A DNA stretch of 64,000 bases from positions 347,324,001-347,388,000 of the forward strand of contig OZ024741.1 of the NCBI GenBank assembly GCA_964016885.1. The letters run 5' to 3'. A program made the position numbers and the translations under genes. How positions within the stretch are numbered: the stretch's first letter is position 1; each line of letters begins with the position of its first letter. Below are positions 1 through 11,903 of this stretch, piece after piece. The notes below the pieces were generated by a model. It was given only the letters and a program-made list of their open reading frames with translations. It searched no databases and had not been told where the DNA came from. The stretch comes from Eledone cirrhosa. Taxonomy: Eukaryota.

Positions 1-2421
1 GGACAGCTTGAGGGGAAAGAAAGAGGCAACGACTTGATCCCTGAGGCGGAACAAACTAAAACATTCTGGAGAGGAATATGGGAGCAGGATGTTAAACATA
101 ATGACCAGGCAGTGTGGATTGAGACAGTACAGAGGGAGATCGGTGAGCAGGCACAACAACAAACTGATTTGAGTATCACAGTTGAAACTCTTAAGGGGCA
201 GGCCAAAAAACTAACCAACTGGAAATCACCAGGCCCAGATGGTGTGCAGGGGTATTGGATTAAAAATTTAACATCCCTCCACCCGAAACTGACAGCCATG
301 TTCAATGACTGCTTGGTGTCGGGTGAGCTGCCAGAGTGGTTGACAAAAGGTACCACAGTTCTGATAATGAAACACCGAATCAAGGGTAATGATGTTACCA
401 ACTATAGACCTATCACATGTCTGTCCGTAATGTGGAAACTGTTGACAAGCATTGTGTCTGAGGAAATCTACCATCACCTCCACACAAACAACTTGTTACC
501 GGACGAACAGAAAGGATGCCGAAAGAAGTCACGTGGTACAAAGGACCAGTTACTTATTGATAAGATGGTAATGGGGAATTGCAGGAGGAGACACACTGAT
601 CTTGCCATGGGATGGATAGACTACAGAAAGGCATTTGACATGGTGCCTCATTCTTGGATCACCAAAAGCCTGGAGATCTTCAAGGTGGCAGATAACATCA
701 GACAGTTGCTGGGCAGGAGTATGGGGTCCTGGGAGACAGAGTTGACATCAACTGGAGAATCCTTGGGAAGCTTGAAGATCAAGAGAGGTATCTTCCAGGG
801 AGATAGCCTGTCCCCTCTGTTGTTTGTCCTTGCCCTGATGCCCTTGACCATTATGCTGCGAAAAGTGATAGCAGGATACAAGTTGGGAAAGGGAGAACTT
901 ACCATCAGTCACCTCGTCTTCATGGACGATATTAAGCTCTTCGGGAAGAGAGAGAAGGAGATGGATGTGCTTGTTGACACTGTCCGTTATTTCAGCAGTG
1001 ATATATGTATGCAGTTTGGTATTAGTAAGTGTGGAGTCATTTTGATGAGGAGCGGTAGGTTGAGCAGAAGTAACGGAATCCAGATACCAACAGGTGAGAT
1101 GATAAAGGAAATTCACTCTGAGGAAGGATACAAGTATTTGGGCGTTCTGGAGGCTGATGGCATAAAGAACAAAAAAATGAAGGAATTGTTAAGAACTGAA
1201 TACATTCGGAGAATAAGGAGCGTATTGAAGTCACATCTGAACAGCAGAAATTCCATAAGCGCAGTAAATTCCCGAGCTGTGTCTATTATTAGGTACAGTG
1301 CGGGAATTCTGAGATGGAATGTTACTGAACAAAAAGAAATGGATAGGAAGACTAGAAGCTATTGACTATCTACAACATGTTCCACAAGAGGAGTGATGTC
1401 GATAGACTCTACCTAAGGAGATCTGAGGGTGGGAGAGGTCTTATCAGCATAGAGGACTGTGTTCAGATGGAGAAAAACAACCTATACAAATACGTGACTG
1501 ATAGTAAGGAGCCAATGCTCAGAACTGTACTGAAGGAGGGGAAAATAGGCCAGGGGATATCCAAGGAGGAAATAACATCAAGGAGTAAGAGCAGCCTTCA
1601 GGGAAAATCCCTTCATAGTACCTTCTTTGAGAAAACTGAATTTAGAGATCCACAGACATGGAACTGGTTGAGAAGAGGAGACCTCAAAAAGGCTACAGAA
1701 GGAATGTTAATGGCTGCGCAGGAGCAGGCCCTCAAAACGAAGTGGTTGAAACACAATATTTACAAGGAGGAGGCTAGCCCACTGTGCAGGATCTGTGGAG
1801 AGAGAGAGGAGACCGTGGCTCACATTGTATCCGAGTGTAAACACCTAGCCCAGACCCACTATAAGGGCTGGAGACATGATGTGATGGGCAGGGTGATCCA
1901 CTGGCACCTGTGCAAAGTAAACAATTTACCACATTCTGAGAAATGGTATGAGCATAGGCCAGAGGCGGTGATGGAGAACGATCAGGTGAAGGTGCTGTGG
2001 GATTTTAGGATACAGACGGACAAGAAACTGGAACACAATAGACCTGACCTGGTGGTTGTGGACAAAGAAAAAAGATCGTGTCTGTTTGTGGATGTGGCCT
2101 GCCCATTCGACACGAGAGTGCAAGAGAAGGAGAGGGGGAAAATTAACCGATACCTGGACTTAAAGTGGGAGGTAAAAATGATTTGGAAATGCCATGTAGT
2201 CAAAGTGAGGGACCATCTGTGAGGGACCATCTCCAAAAGTTTCCAGGGATGGTTAAAGAAAATCGGCCCCTTCACGCTTTTTGGAACGCTTCAAAAGGCA
2301 TGCTTGCTGGGAACAGCAAGAACCCTCCGATACGTCCTGAATATCTGAGGCTGCAGGAGGTGGCTTGATATTCATTCCAACGGACTTTCCAGTTAACCAA
2401 CATCAATGACTCAGATTCAAG

Positions 2422-2422
<1 letters not shown>
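1..2422 (+). mobile_element. R4/Dong-like non-LTR retrotransposon (RT + CCHC + restriction-like endonuclease), family A copy 1; runs off window start, frameshifted
   Basis: ORF 34-1365 has RT motifs ([45 protein letters not shown]). ORF 1362-2222 has CRICGEREETVAHIVSEC, RHD and RPDLVV..DVACP (PD-D/ExK). The 3' UTR ends in (TAA)n at ~2423. Confidence 0.92.
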
Positions 2423-2500
<78 letters not shown>

Positions 2501-2503
2501 AAG
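2423..2503. repeat. Compound (TAA)n-(AAG)n microsatellite between two tandem R4/Dong-like copies
   Basis: Read directly from the sequence. Confidence 0.95.
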
Positions 2504-2505
2504 AA

Positions 2506-5297
2506 TAAGCAACAGCAAATGCAGTGAGGAAATTACTTGGAAATTACTTGGTATAAAAGCGAGAGGAAACAACAAACAAAAAAGATCAGAGCCTTGGTGG
2601 AAGAAACGACTAAATGGTCAAATCAGGGAAATGAGAAATGATATTGGAAAGCTTGAGTCCCTACTGAATGGGACACTAAAAAACATAGACACTAAAAATA
2701 GACAGGAAATAAAGTACAAAACTAGGAGGAAAAAGCTAAATATTATCATAGAGGATCTGAAGCAACGCATTGTAGGAAAGATTGCAAAAAATTAGGCGAT
2801 ACGAGAGCAGAGTCAGTCAGTATAGACAGATCCGCATGTTTGACAACAGCCAGAAGATGTTGTTTGGACAGCTTGAAGGGAAAGAAAGAGGCAACGACTT
2901 GATCCCTGAGGCAGAGCAAACTTAGACATTCTGGAGAGGAATATGGGAGCAGGATGTTAAACATAATGACCAGGCAGTGTGGATTGAGACAGTACAAAAG
3001 GAGATTAGTGAACAGGCACACCAACAAACTGATTTGAGTATCACAGTTGAAACTCTTAAGGGACAGGCCAAAAAACTAACCAACTGGAAATCACCAGGCC
3101 CAGATGGTGGGCAGGGGTATTGGATTAAAAATATAACATCCCTCCACCCGAAACTGACAACCATGTTCAATGACTGCTTGATGTCACGTGAGGTACCAGA
3201 GTGCTTGACAAAAGGTACCACAGTTCTGGTAATGAAAGACCGAATCAAGGGTAATGATGTTACCTACTATAGACCTATCACATGTCTGTCCGTAATGTGG
3301 AAACTGTTGAGGAAATCTACCATACCTATACACAAACAACTTGTTACCGGACGAACAGAAAGGATGCCGAAAGAAGACGCGTGGTACAAAGGACCAGTTA
3401 CTTATTGATAAGATGGTAATGAGGAATTGCAAGAGGAGACACATTGGTCTTGCCATGGAATGGATAGACTACAAAAAGGCATTTGACATGGTGCCTCATT
3501 CTTGGATCACCAAAAGCCTAGAGATCTACAAGGTGGCAGAAAACATCAGACAGTTGTTGGGCAAAAGTATGAAGTCCTGGAAAACAGAGTTAATATCAGC
3601 TGGAGAATCCTTGGGAGGCGTGAAGTTCAAGAGAGGTATCTTCCAGGGAGATAGCCTGTCCCCTCTTTTGTTTGTCCTTGCCCTGATGCCCCTGACCAGT
3701 GTACTGCGAAAAATGAGAGCAGGATACAGGTTGTGAAAGGGAGAGCTTACCATCAATCACCTCGTCTTCATAGACGATCTTAAGCTCTTCGGGAAGAGTG
3801 AGAAGGAGTTGGTTGTGCTTGTTGAAACTGTCCGTATTTTCAGCAATGATATATGTATGCAATTTGGTATTAGTAAGTTTGGTATTATTATGATGAAGAG
3901 GGGTAAATTGAGCAGAAGTAACGGAATCCAGGTACCAACAGGTGAGAGGATAAATGAAATTGACACTGAAGAAGGATACAAGTATTTGGGTGTTCTGGGG
4001 GCTGATGACATCAAGAACAAAAAAATGAAGGAATTGATAAGATCTGAATACATTCGGAGAGTAAGGAGCGTATTAAAGTCACATCTGAACAGTAGGAATG
4101 CCATAAGTGCAGTAAATTCCCGAGCTGTATCTATCATTAGGTACAGTGCGGGAATTCTGAGATGGAATGTTGCTGAACAAAAAGATATAGATAGAAAACT
4201 AGGAAGCTATTGACTATCTACAACATGTTCCACAAGAGGAGTGATGTCGATAGACTCTACTTGAGGAGATCTGAAGTTGGAAGAGGTCTTATCAGCATAG
4301 AAGACTGTGTTCAGATGGAGAAAAAACAACCTACACAAATACGTGACTGATAGCAAGGAGCCAATTCTCAGAACTGCACTGAAGGAGAGGACAATAGACC
4401 AGGGGATGTCCAAGGAGGAAATAACAACAAGGAGAAAGAGCAGCCTTCTTGAAAAATCTCTTCATAGTACCTTCTTTGAGAAAACTGAATTCAGAGATCC
4501 ACAGACATGGAACTGGTTGAAAATAGGAGACCTTAAAAAGGCTACAGAAGGAATGTTAATGGCTGCGCAAAAGCAGTCCCTCAAAACAAAGTGGTTGAAA
4601 TACCATATTTACAAAGAGGAGGCTAGCTCACTGAGCAGGATCTGTGGAGAGACGAGGGGACTGTGGCTCACATTGTATCCGAGTGTAAACACCTAGCCCA
4701 GTCTCACTATAAGGGCTTGAGACATGATGTGATGGGCAGGGTGATCCACTTGCACCTATGCGAAGTAAACAATTTACCACATTCTGAGAAGTGGTATGAA
4801 CATAAGCAAGAGTCGGTGATAGAAAACGATCAGGTGAAGGTGCTATGGGATTTTAGGATACAGACGGACAAGAAACTGGAACACAATAGACCTGACCTTG
4901 TGGATTTGGACAAAGAAAAAGATCGTGCAGATTGTGGATGTCGCCTGCCCATTCGACACAAGAGTTCAAGAGAAGGAGAGGGACAAAATTATCCGATACC
5001 AGGATTTAAAGTGGGAGGTAAAAAGGATTTGGAACTGCCATGAAGTCAAAGTGGTCCCGATTGTCATAGGCGCACTAGGTACTATCTCAAAAGGTTTCCA
5101 GGGATGGTTAAAGAAAATTGGCCCCGCCACGCTTTTTGGAACGCTTCAAAGGGCATGCTTTCTGGGAACAGCAAGAACCCTCCGATACGTCCTGAATATC
5201 TGAGGGTGCAGGTAGTGGCTTGATATTCATTTCAACAAACTTTCCAGTTAACTAACATCAATGACTGAGACTCAAAGAACAATAATAATAATAATAA
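2506..5297 (+). mobile_element. R4/Dong-like LINE family A copy 2, 5'-truncated, multiple stops/frameshifts, ends in (AAT)n
   Basis: From ~2866 it is collinear with 1-2422. ORF pieces 2977-5203 carry RT and RLE motifs and the C-terminal VVPIVIGALG..LGTARTLRYVL. (AAT)n at 5281-5297. Confidence 0.92.
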
Positions 5298-5683
5298 TGT
5301 CCGTTTACAATTGTTTCGCCACTCCATATAATGTTTCTGGATCAAATGATTATAGATCATTATTGATCTAGTCCAGATGAAGATTATTAACTTAGGTAAA
5401 AATGGAGCAGTTCTTCAGAACTTCAAAAGAGATAATGAAAATATTGATAAAGGTACGATGGAATTAGGAATATGAAGTAAGATAAAGAAAGATGGTTACA
5501 TGAATGTAATGTTCCATATATTGGTATTTCACTACGGTGTCCTGGGTCTATCTATTGTCTGCTAGGGTTTCAGGGGAAGTAACTCCTCGAGAATTTAGAA
5601 ATTGTAGGTGGTTTATAGCTAAGAAGTGCTAATGAGCTTAAGTGACAGACAATGTTTTATTATTATTATTATTATTATTGAAA

Positions 5684-5870
5684 GGCGGTTTGTTGGCAGT
5701 ATCGGTAGAGGGTCGGACGCCATTCTTTCCAGCATAGTTACGTCCCGTTACGATCTGAGTTCAAATCCCGCCGAAGTTGACTTTGCCTTTCATGCTTACG
5801 GGGTCGATAAAATAAAGTACCAGTAATGAACTGGATAAGCTGGCCTTGTGCCTAAAGTAGAAACAATCAT
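5684..5870 (+). mobile_element. tRNA-derived SINE (short subfamily)
   Basis: A box TGGCAGTATCGG, B box GAGTTCAAATCC, core GCCTTTCAT..GGGGTCGATAAAATAAAGTACCAG. Flanked by TSD-like TATTATTATTGAA (5670-5682, 5871-5883). Confidence 0.9.
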
Positions 5871-6317
5871 TATTATTATTGAATGCCATGGTTAACGGAG
5901 GTCGACTCTGTAAGGTATTGTAAATTTTGACCGCTATAACAATTGTAAATTGTTTAAAACTTTATGCAAATTGTAGACAAAAACACCCTCCTCCTCGGGA
6001 GAGGGGTCTTTCTGCCCGTTATTTGGCCCTTCGGGGTTAAATAACCGCTTATTGGGGTTTTGTGCCCAATATTTAATTTAACAAAAAAAATCATGGCTAT
6101 GAAAAATAATTTTCACACGTCACTCCCACTCATTCCTTCTTCTTCCTCAATCGTCACTACAGCAGAGAGAAAATTGTCTCTCTCCCTCCCTTCTCTTTCG
6201 CAAGCGACGCCAGAAAAGAAAAATCACGTGCAAAATATGGAACATTTCTCCACGACGACGACACGACCAAAAAGGTGTGCGGTAAATACGAAAACCCATT
6301 TCATTCGTCTGACGTCA

Positions 6318-7834
6318 TGAATAATAGCAGTAGCAGCCGTAATAACAGCAGCAGCAGCAGCAACAGTGAAAAGGAAAACAACAGTAGCAGCCGAAACAGC
6401 AACAGCAGCAGCATAAACAACAATAGCATTAGCAGCAACAGCAACAACAACAGCAGCAGCAGGAACAACAACAACAACCACAGCAACAGCGGCGGCGGCA
6501 GTAGTCGTAGTACCTGCAGCAACAACAAAAGTAACAGCAGCTCTGACGACAACGACAACAGCAACAACAGCAGCAAAGAAAATCCAAACTCGTTTGCAGG
6601 TATCGCAAAGAACTTGGAAACCATCCTCATAACAAATTAGGAATTACAGGAAGCGAAGAAGATGGAGACGAAATCCGGACACCGAGCAATCTGCAAGGCA
6701 GCCGAAAAATTTTTCAAAACCCAACAGCACTGTACGGTCACGTACCGTACAGTAAGCACAAAATCCCGTAGGGTTGAAAGAGCCACCGAGGCTCAAATAC
6801 AAAAAGCCTTAGGGTCTGTGTGGCAGCGGAAAACGCATATCACCCGAGGCAAGAAATATGCCACCGTAGTCGTGCTTTTTGCCACACCCCACGAGGCAAA
6901 GGCTCAATCCTTAGTGACCCTAAGGAGCGAGGAAATGGTGTTGGTGCCCTCCTACTGCAGGCAAAAAATTGTGAGGGTCAAACTGACCCACATCCCCCCC
7001 GGGATAGCCCCTTCTTGGCTGGCCGCGTCTGTCCTCGTCGGAATCGAGGACAAAACAACTGTACTGCAAGTACAGAAAAGAGTAAGAGAAGATTGGGTCG
7101 GCACCTCCATTGAGATGTTAATCCAAACCAACCAGGAGTGCATCGAAGCAATCCCGGATGTGATAGACTTCGATAACGGCACTCAACTGTCCATAAGTGT
7201 TGAGGGCAAACGCCCGAAATGCTTTCGCTGTGGATCGAAGAATCACCTCAGGCCCTTCTGCAACGAGAAGACCCTGAGAAAGGAGAAAACCCCCCTCCTT
7301 CCGAAACAGGCTCCACTGTTACCAGCAACAGAACAAGCGGCAACCAGGAACGATAGGTCCGTGGCACCCATACCCACACCACGGAAATCAGGAACAGCAG
7401 CGGCAGTGGAAGTATAAACAACAACAACAGTAATACAAACTTCAGCTCCAACAGAGACTGCACTGCGAACATCACCAACAACAACAAGTGAAAGAGTGGA
7501 GCTGGTACCCCTCCCCGACCTCACAGAATCAGACATGGTGTGTGAGATGGGAGAGGAAATGCAAAAGGTCGCAAGAAGGCACAAACGCAGAAGCAGCGCA
7601 TCGTCGCCTTCGAAAAGGGAGGAAAGAAATGAAAAAAGGGTAAAGGCTACTGCAAAGAGACTCACAGCAGCAACACCAGCAACACAATCACCACACACAC
7701 TAGCACCACCATCACCACCGGCGACAACGCCCACCGCCAACAACAACAACACCTTCAACACCACCACCACAAGCACCAACATCGCAAACACAACAACAAA
7801 ACACACACACCCAGCAACAACGACAAAAAAATAG
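6318..7834 (+). pseudogene. LINE ORF1 (gag-like): Asn/Ser-rich N-terminus, CCHC knuckle, Thr/Pro-rich tail; in-frame stops
   Basis: ORFs 6275-6640, 6662-7417 and 7496-7834 share one frame. CFRCGSKNHLRPFC is CX2CX4HX4C. Confidence 0.8.
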
Positions 7835-8242
7835 CAGAACCACACCCCACCCACAAAAAAACAAATTCACGGCAATAAATACACACAACAAGAAACTAAT
7901 GACTTACATAATTGAACACACAGACATTTCACAGAACGACTACATAATACCAGCACCAATCAAAACACCAACGAACATAAGACTGGTGAGAATTACACAG
8001 AAACAATACGCAAACACTAAAACGAAATTCCCCAACGCAGTTGGTGATTTCAGAGACCTAGGAGGGACTCTCAACCGGAGAGTATATTCGGACATACTCA
8101 TAGAAGAGGCGACGACCAGCCGAAGGGACGATTCAACGGTCCCTTCACAAGACGATCAATTGAAAAGGGATGGAGAAACCATCCTTCCTCTACGAAAAGT
8201 ACGGTAAGTGGTCTTTCCCATCTTTTCCACTCTATTTTAAAC

Positions 8243-11200
8243 ATGACCTCACTCAGAATAGGCAGCATAAATGCGCGTGGCTTGGGTTCGTCATGGAAGC
8301 AAGGCCACCTGCTCAACGACCTCAGGTCACTAAATATAGATGTAGTGGCCATCAGCGAGACCAGAATCTCCGAAGCACGGGCCTTCGCACGGATCTTCGG
8401 CGGCTACGATGTGTACGCATCTCCCAGCCGTCCTGGATCGGGGGAAGGAGTTGCTGTGCTTTTTCGGAGAGGTTTGGATCTCGCCATAAGAGCCATCTTC
8501 CTGGACCCAGAGGGTAAGTTGGTGGTGCTGGACGTGACCAGCGGAGACGGGCAAGCTTTCAGGCTAGTGGCCGTCTATGCCTCGACTGGAGCAGGGCGGC
8601 CTGATTTATTCGGGCGTCTGGAGAGCTATCTTGGAACGTCCCGCTCTTTAGAGTTAGTGGGCGACTAGAACGGGATCTTAGATGCACGCCGGGACTGTGT
8701 GGGATTAGCGGATAGGGGTGGAGGGTGCAAGAGCCTCACCAACCTGCTCAGGCGTTTTGAACTGACTGACAGGTACCGATTGGATTTTCCGAATGTGCCA
8801 ATGTGGACTTGGACAAATCGCGTAGGGTCATCCAGATCATATCTAGATAGAGTATTTTGTAGGGAAATAGATATCTTTAGCATAGGCTGTCCACAATTCA
8901 AGATAGTCAGCTACATGGACCACAAATTCGTGATCTGTGTGCTTGGCTTAGATAGGCTTCATAGACGAGAACCCGACTACTGGAAGTTAAAAGCGTCCTT
9001 ACCAGCGCGCAAGGCCTACAGAGACCGGATTAGCGATCTAGATAAGCGGGCGTTGACGGGGGCCATCTTCAACAACAAGTGGTGGTTTGCTCTGAAAAGA
9101 GCGATTAGAATAGAATCCATTAGGTTTAGTAAGGCTTTAGCAATAGAGAAAAATAGAGCAGAGGGAGAACTAGTTAGAAAATTAGACGAGGCGTTTAGCA
9201 AAGGCATCGCGCCCGACGTGCTTGCGGCGAAATTGGCCCTTGACTAATTCTTCAATGCAAAGCACGAGGCTGCGTTGTCAGAGCTAGGGTGCGTGCTCTC
9301 AGACACGAGGGGACGAAAGCCGTACAATGGGCCCGAGTGGCGGAGGCGCGTCGTGGCAACAAAGCCACGATCCGGTCTTTGGTGGACCACGACGGGCGCA
9401 TGCTACTTGATCCCGAGCAAATGTGTGAAGCTTTTCAGCGACACTTCGCTCAGCTGTTCGTGGGCAGCGGTGGGCCGAGTCGAGGGATGGACTTTAGTGT
9501 CTACCTCGACGGACTGCCGCGGCTCTCGGCCACTGAGGCGGAGTGTTGCGAAAAGCCGATAATAGCCGCTGACGTACGGGGGGCAATGACTGGCTGCACA
9601 AGGGGTAAATCGCTGGTTTGGATGGTCTGCCCTATGAACTTTACGTACAGATGCCAGACTCGTTCGGAGTCCTCTTGGCGGACGTCTACTGCAACTGGCA
9701 ACAGAACGGGAGAATTCCCAGCTCCGTGAGCCGAGGAGCGGTGGCACTGCTGAGAAAGGATCCGAACAAGGGGGATAACATAGATAATTTCAGGCCCATA
9801 ACTCTGCTAAACACAGAGTTCAAGATTTTGGCCAAGGTGCTAGGAAAGAGGTTGGCGCTTGTCGTTGTTGGTCTGGTGGGAGAGGCGCAGACATGCGCCA
9901 TTCCCGACAGATCCATCCACGACAACCTCCACCTCATGCGATACATCGTAGAGAGGGTAGCTACGGAACCTGGCACGGGTGGGTCTTTGATCAATTTAGA
10001 TCAGTCGAAAGCTTTCGATAGGGTCCACCATCGTTACCTAGCGGCAGTGCTGAGAGCGGCTGGCTTTGAGCCCGTCTTCAGAGGCTGGATCGCTGCCATG
10101 CACAGCGACATCTGCTCTGTGGTGACAGTGTACGGTCACCTTTCGGAACCGTTCAACATCATGCGCTCGGTCCGCCAAGGATGTCGCCTCTTGTCCCTCT
10201 TGTACGTATTGACTCTCGAGCCATTACTGCACAAACTGGAGACGTTGAGGGTGGTCCCGCGCGAACTAGGATGCGGAAGATCCGTGTCAGCATATGCGGA
10301 CGATGTCACCGTAGTGCTGTCGAACGCCAAACACATCGAGGCGATCGGCACTACACTAAGAGAATACGAAGCGGTGACAGGAGCAATGATCAACCAGGAA
10401 AAGTCAGTGGGCCTGCAGCTCGGCACCTGGAGAGGCAGGTCCATGCCGCCCAACAGCGTCGTCGGACGCTGGACGGACCTGTTAAATTGCTAGGGTTCTG
10501 GTTCGGTCCGGACCTCCAGACGGACAAAAACTGGGAGGAGGTGACGAGCAGGGTGGCTTCTCCCACCCAGAAATAGGCGGAGAGGAAGCTATCCCTGAAA
10601 GGTCGAGCGAACGTGGCTAACGCGTACATCGCGTCTGTCATCTGCTACCGCTTGACCGTCGTACCTTGTCCTAAGCCCTGCCTGACTGCTCTGGAGCGTT
10701 TGCTCTTTCGCTTTTTGTGGAAGTGGCGCGCTCCGTTGGTCAGGCGCTCCATCTGTTGTCAACACCCGCTACGTGAAGGGCTGGGCATGCCGTGGCTGAT
10801 GATGCACAGACACGCGCTCAGGCTACGACATCTCCACCTCTTCCTCGACGGTGATCAGGTGTGGTCGCCGTTTGCTAGACACGTATTTCCCCACCTCGTT
10901 TCCTTGACGAAGCTGCAGTCCTGGAATATCTTCAGGCGCTGACAGCCCTCGACCAATCGGGCAATGTGATCGGTGGAAACTCCTACTTGGCGTTCTATAG
11001 AGGATTAGTGGAGGGGAAGAGCGACGACGTACTTGGGGAAAATTTAGGCGTCGACGAAAATCAACTAGCCAATCTCTTCGGAAGAACGTTCGGGCCGGGG
11101 CCTATGGACAACTTCCAGAAATCCCTGGCCTGGTTAGTGCTACCGAGGAGCTTTGCCAGTTAGGGATAAACTCTACAGGCATGGAGGTGCCGTCAGCCGG

Positions 11201-11615
11201 GCATGTCCGAGATGCGCGCAGGGCGACGAATCCGTCCTGCACGCACTCGTCCAGTGTCCGAGCATTGCTGACTTGTCGGTTTATGTCGAACACCTGCTGT
11301 AACGTGTAGGACGGATCCAGCTATCAGCTGAGTCCATCGTGAGGAATGCCCCGCCCTCTTCCTTTAGCCGGGAAGGGCAGGCAGTTTTTATCTGTTTGGT
11401 GGCCATGGCCAAAGAGATAGTATGGTGGACACGTTTGAAAGGGCTGAATACGAGCACTTACCTCTTCGGTGATGCCCTGATTAACTTTTTCAAATTTAAT
11501 TTGAAAAGGAAAATCAGGGTAGAGAGGGAAGTGCTCTCTTCCCAGCATTTTGTTGAAAGATAGGTGAGAGAGGCAAGAATGGCCCGAGTGAATACTCTGA
11601 GTATGTCTCTGTAAA
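8243..11615 (+). pseudogene. LINE ORF2 (APE endonuclease, RT, C-terminal Cys/His motif), disrupted
   Basis: GSINARGL..VAISET, RSYLDRVF, MDHKFV (APE); NFRPITLLN, LDQSKAFDRV, VRQGC, AYADDV (RT); CPRC..HAL..C near 11203-11258. Confidence 0.88.
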
Positions 11616-11869
11616 TTAAAGGTGGAAAACTGGGAGAGGGCACTTGCCCTGGTGGTCAGGGTCACTGTGGCTTTTTAATGGGCTTTCTCCACGAATGTCC
11701 CTCGGAAGTCTCATTCCTATTGGGGAATTTTTTCATTGTTCTATTATTACATCCTCTGTTTCTTGTTTTTTTTTTTACACGCAGAAATGCCAATTTGTAC
11801 CGTCCTGTATTTTCCTTTGCAGTCCTTAATGTCTACTTTATGTAAACCCTTGTGGTTAATAAAGAAAGC

Positions 11870-11902
<33 letters not shown>

Positions 11903-11903
<1 letters not shown>

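Larger units (their letters stand above)
5884..11900 (+). mobile_element. L1/Tx1-like LINE, near full length, inactivated; ORF1 with zinc knuckle and ORF2 with APE endonuclease + RT; (ATT)n tail
   Basis: Two-ORF layout (see the next two entries), AATAAA at ~11858 and (TTA)n at 11870-11900. The 5' boundary is uncertain. Confidence 0.88.

Noticed and set aside
2406-2795. ORF with poly-Ile and poly-Arg
   Set aside because: Read-through of (TAA)n(AAG)n into a truncated LINE fragment; not a gene.
5684-5775. tRNA gene (A and B boxes)
   Set aside because: It is the head of a multi-copy SINE with body, tail and TSDs; no full cloverleaf is evident.
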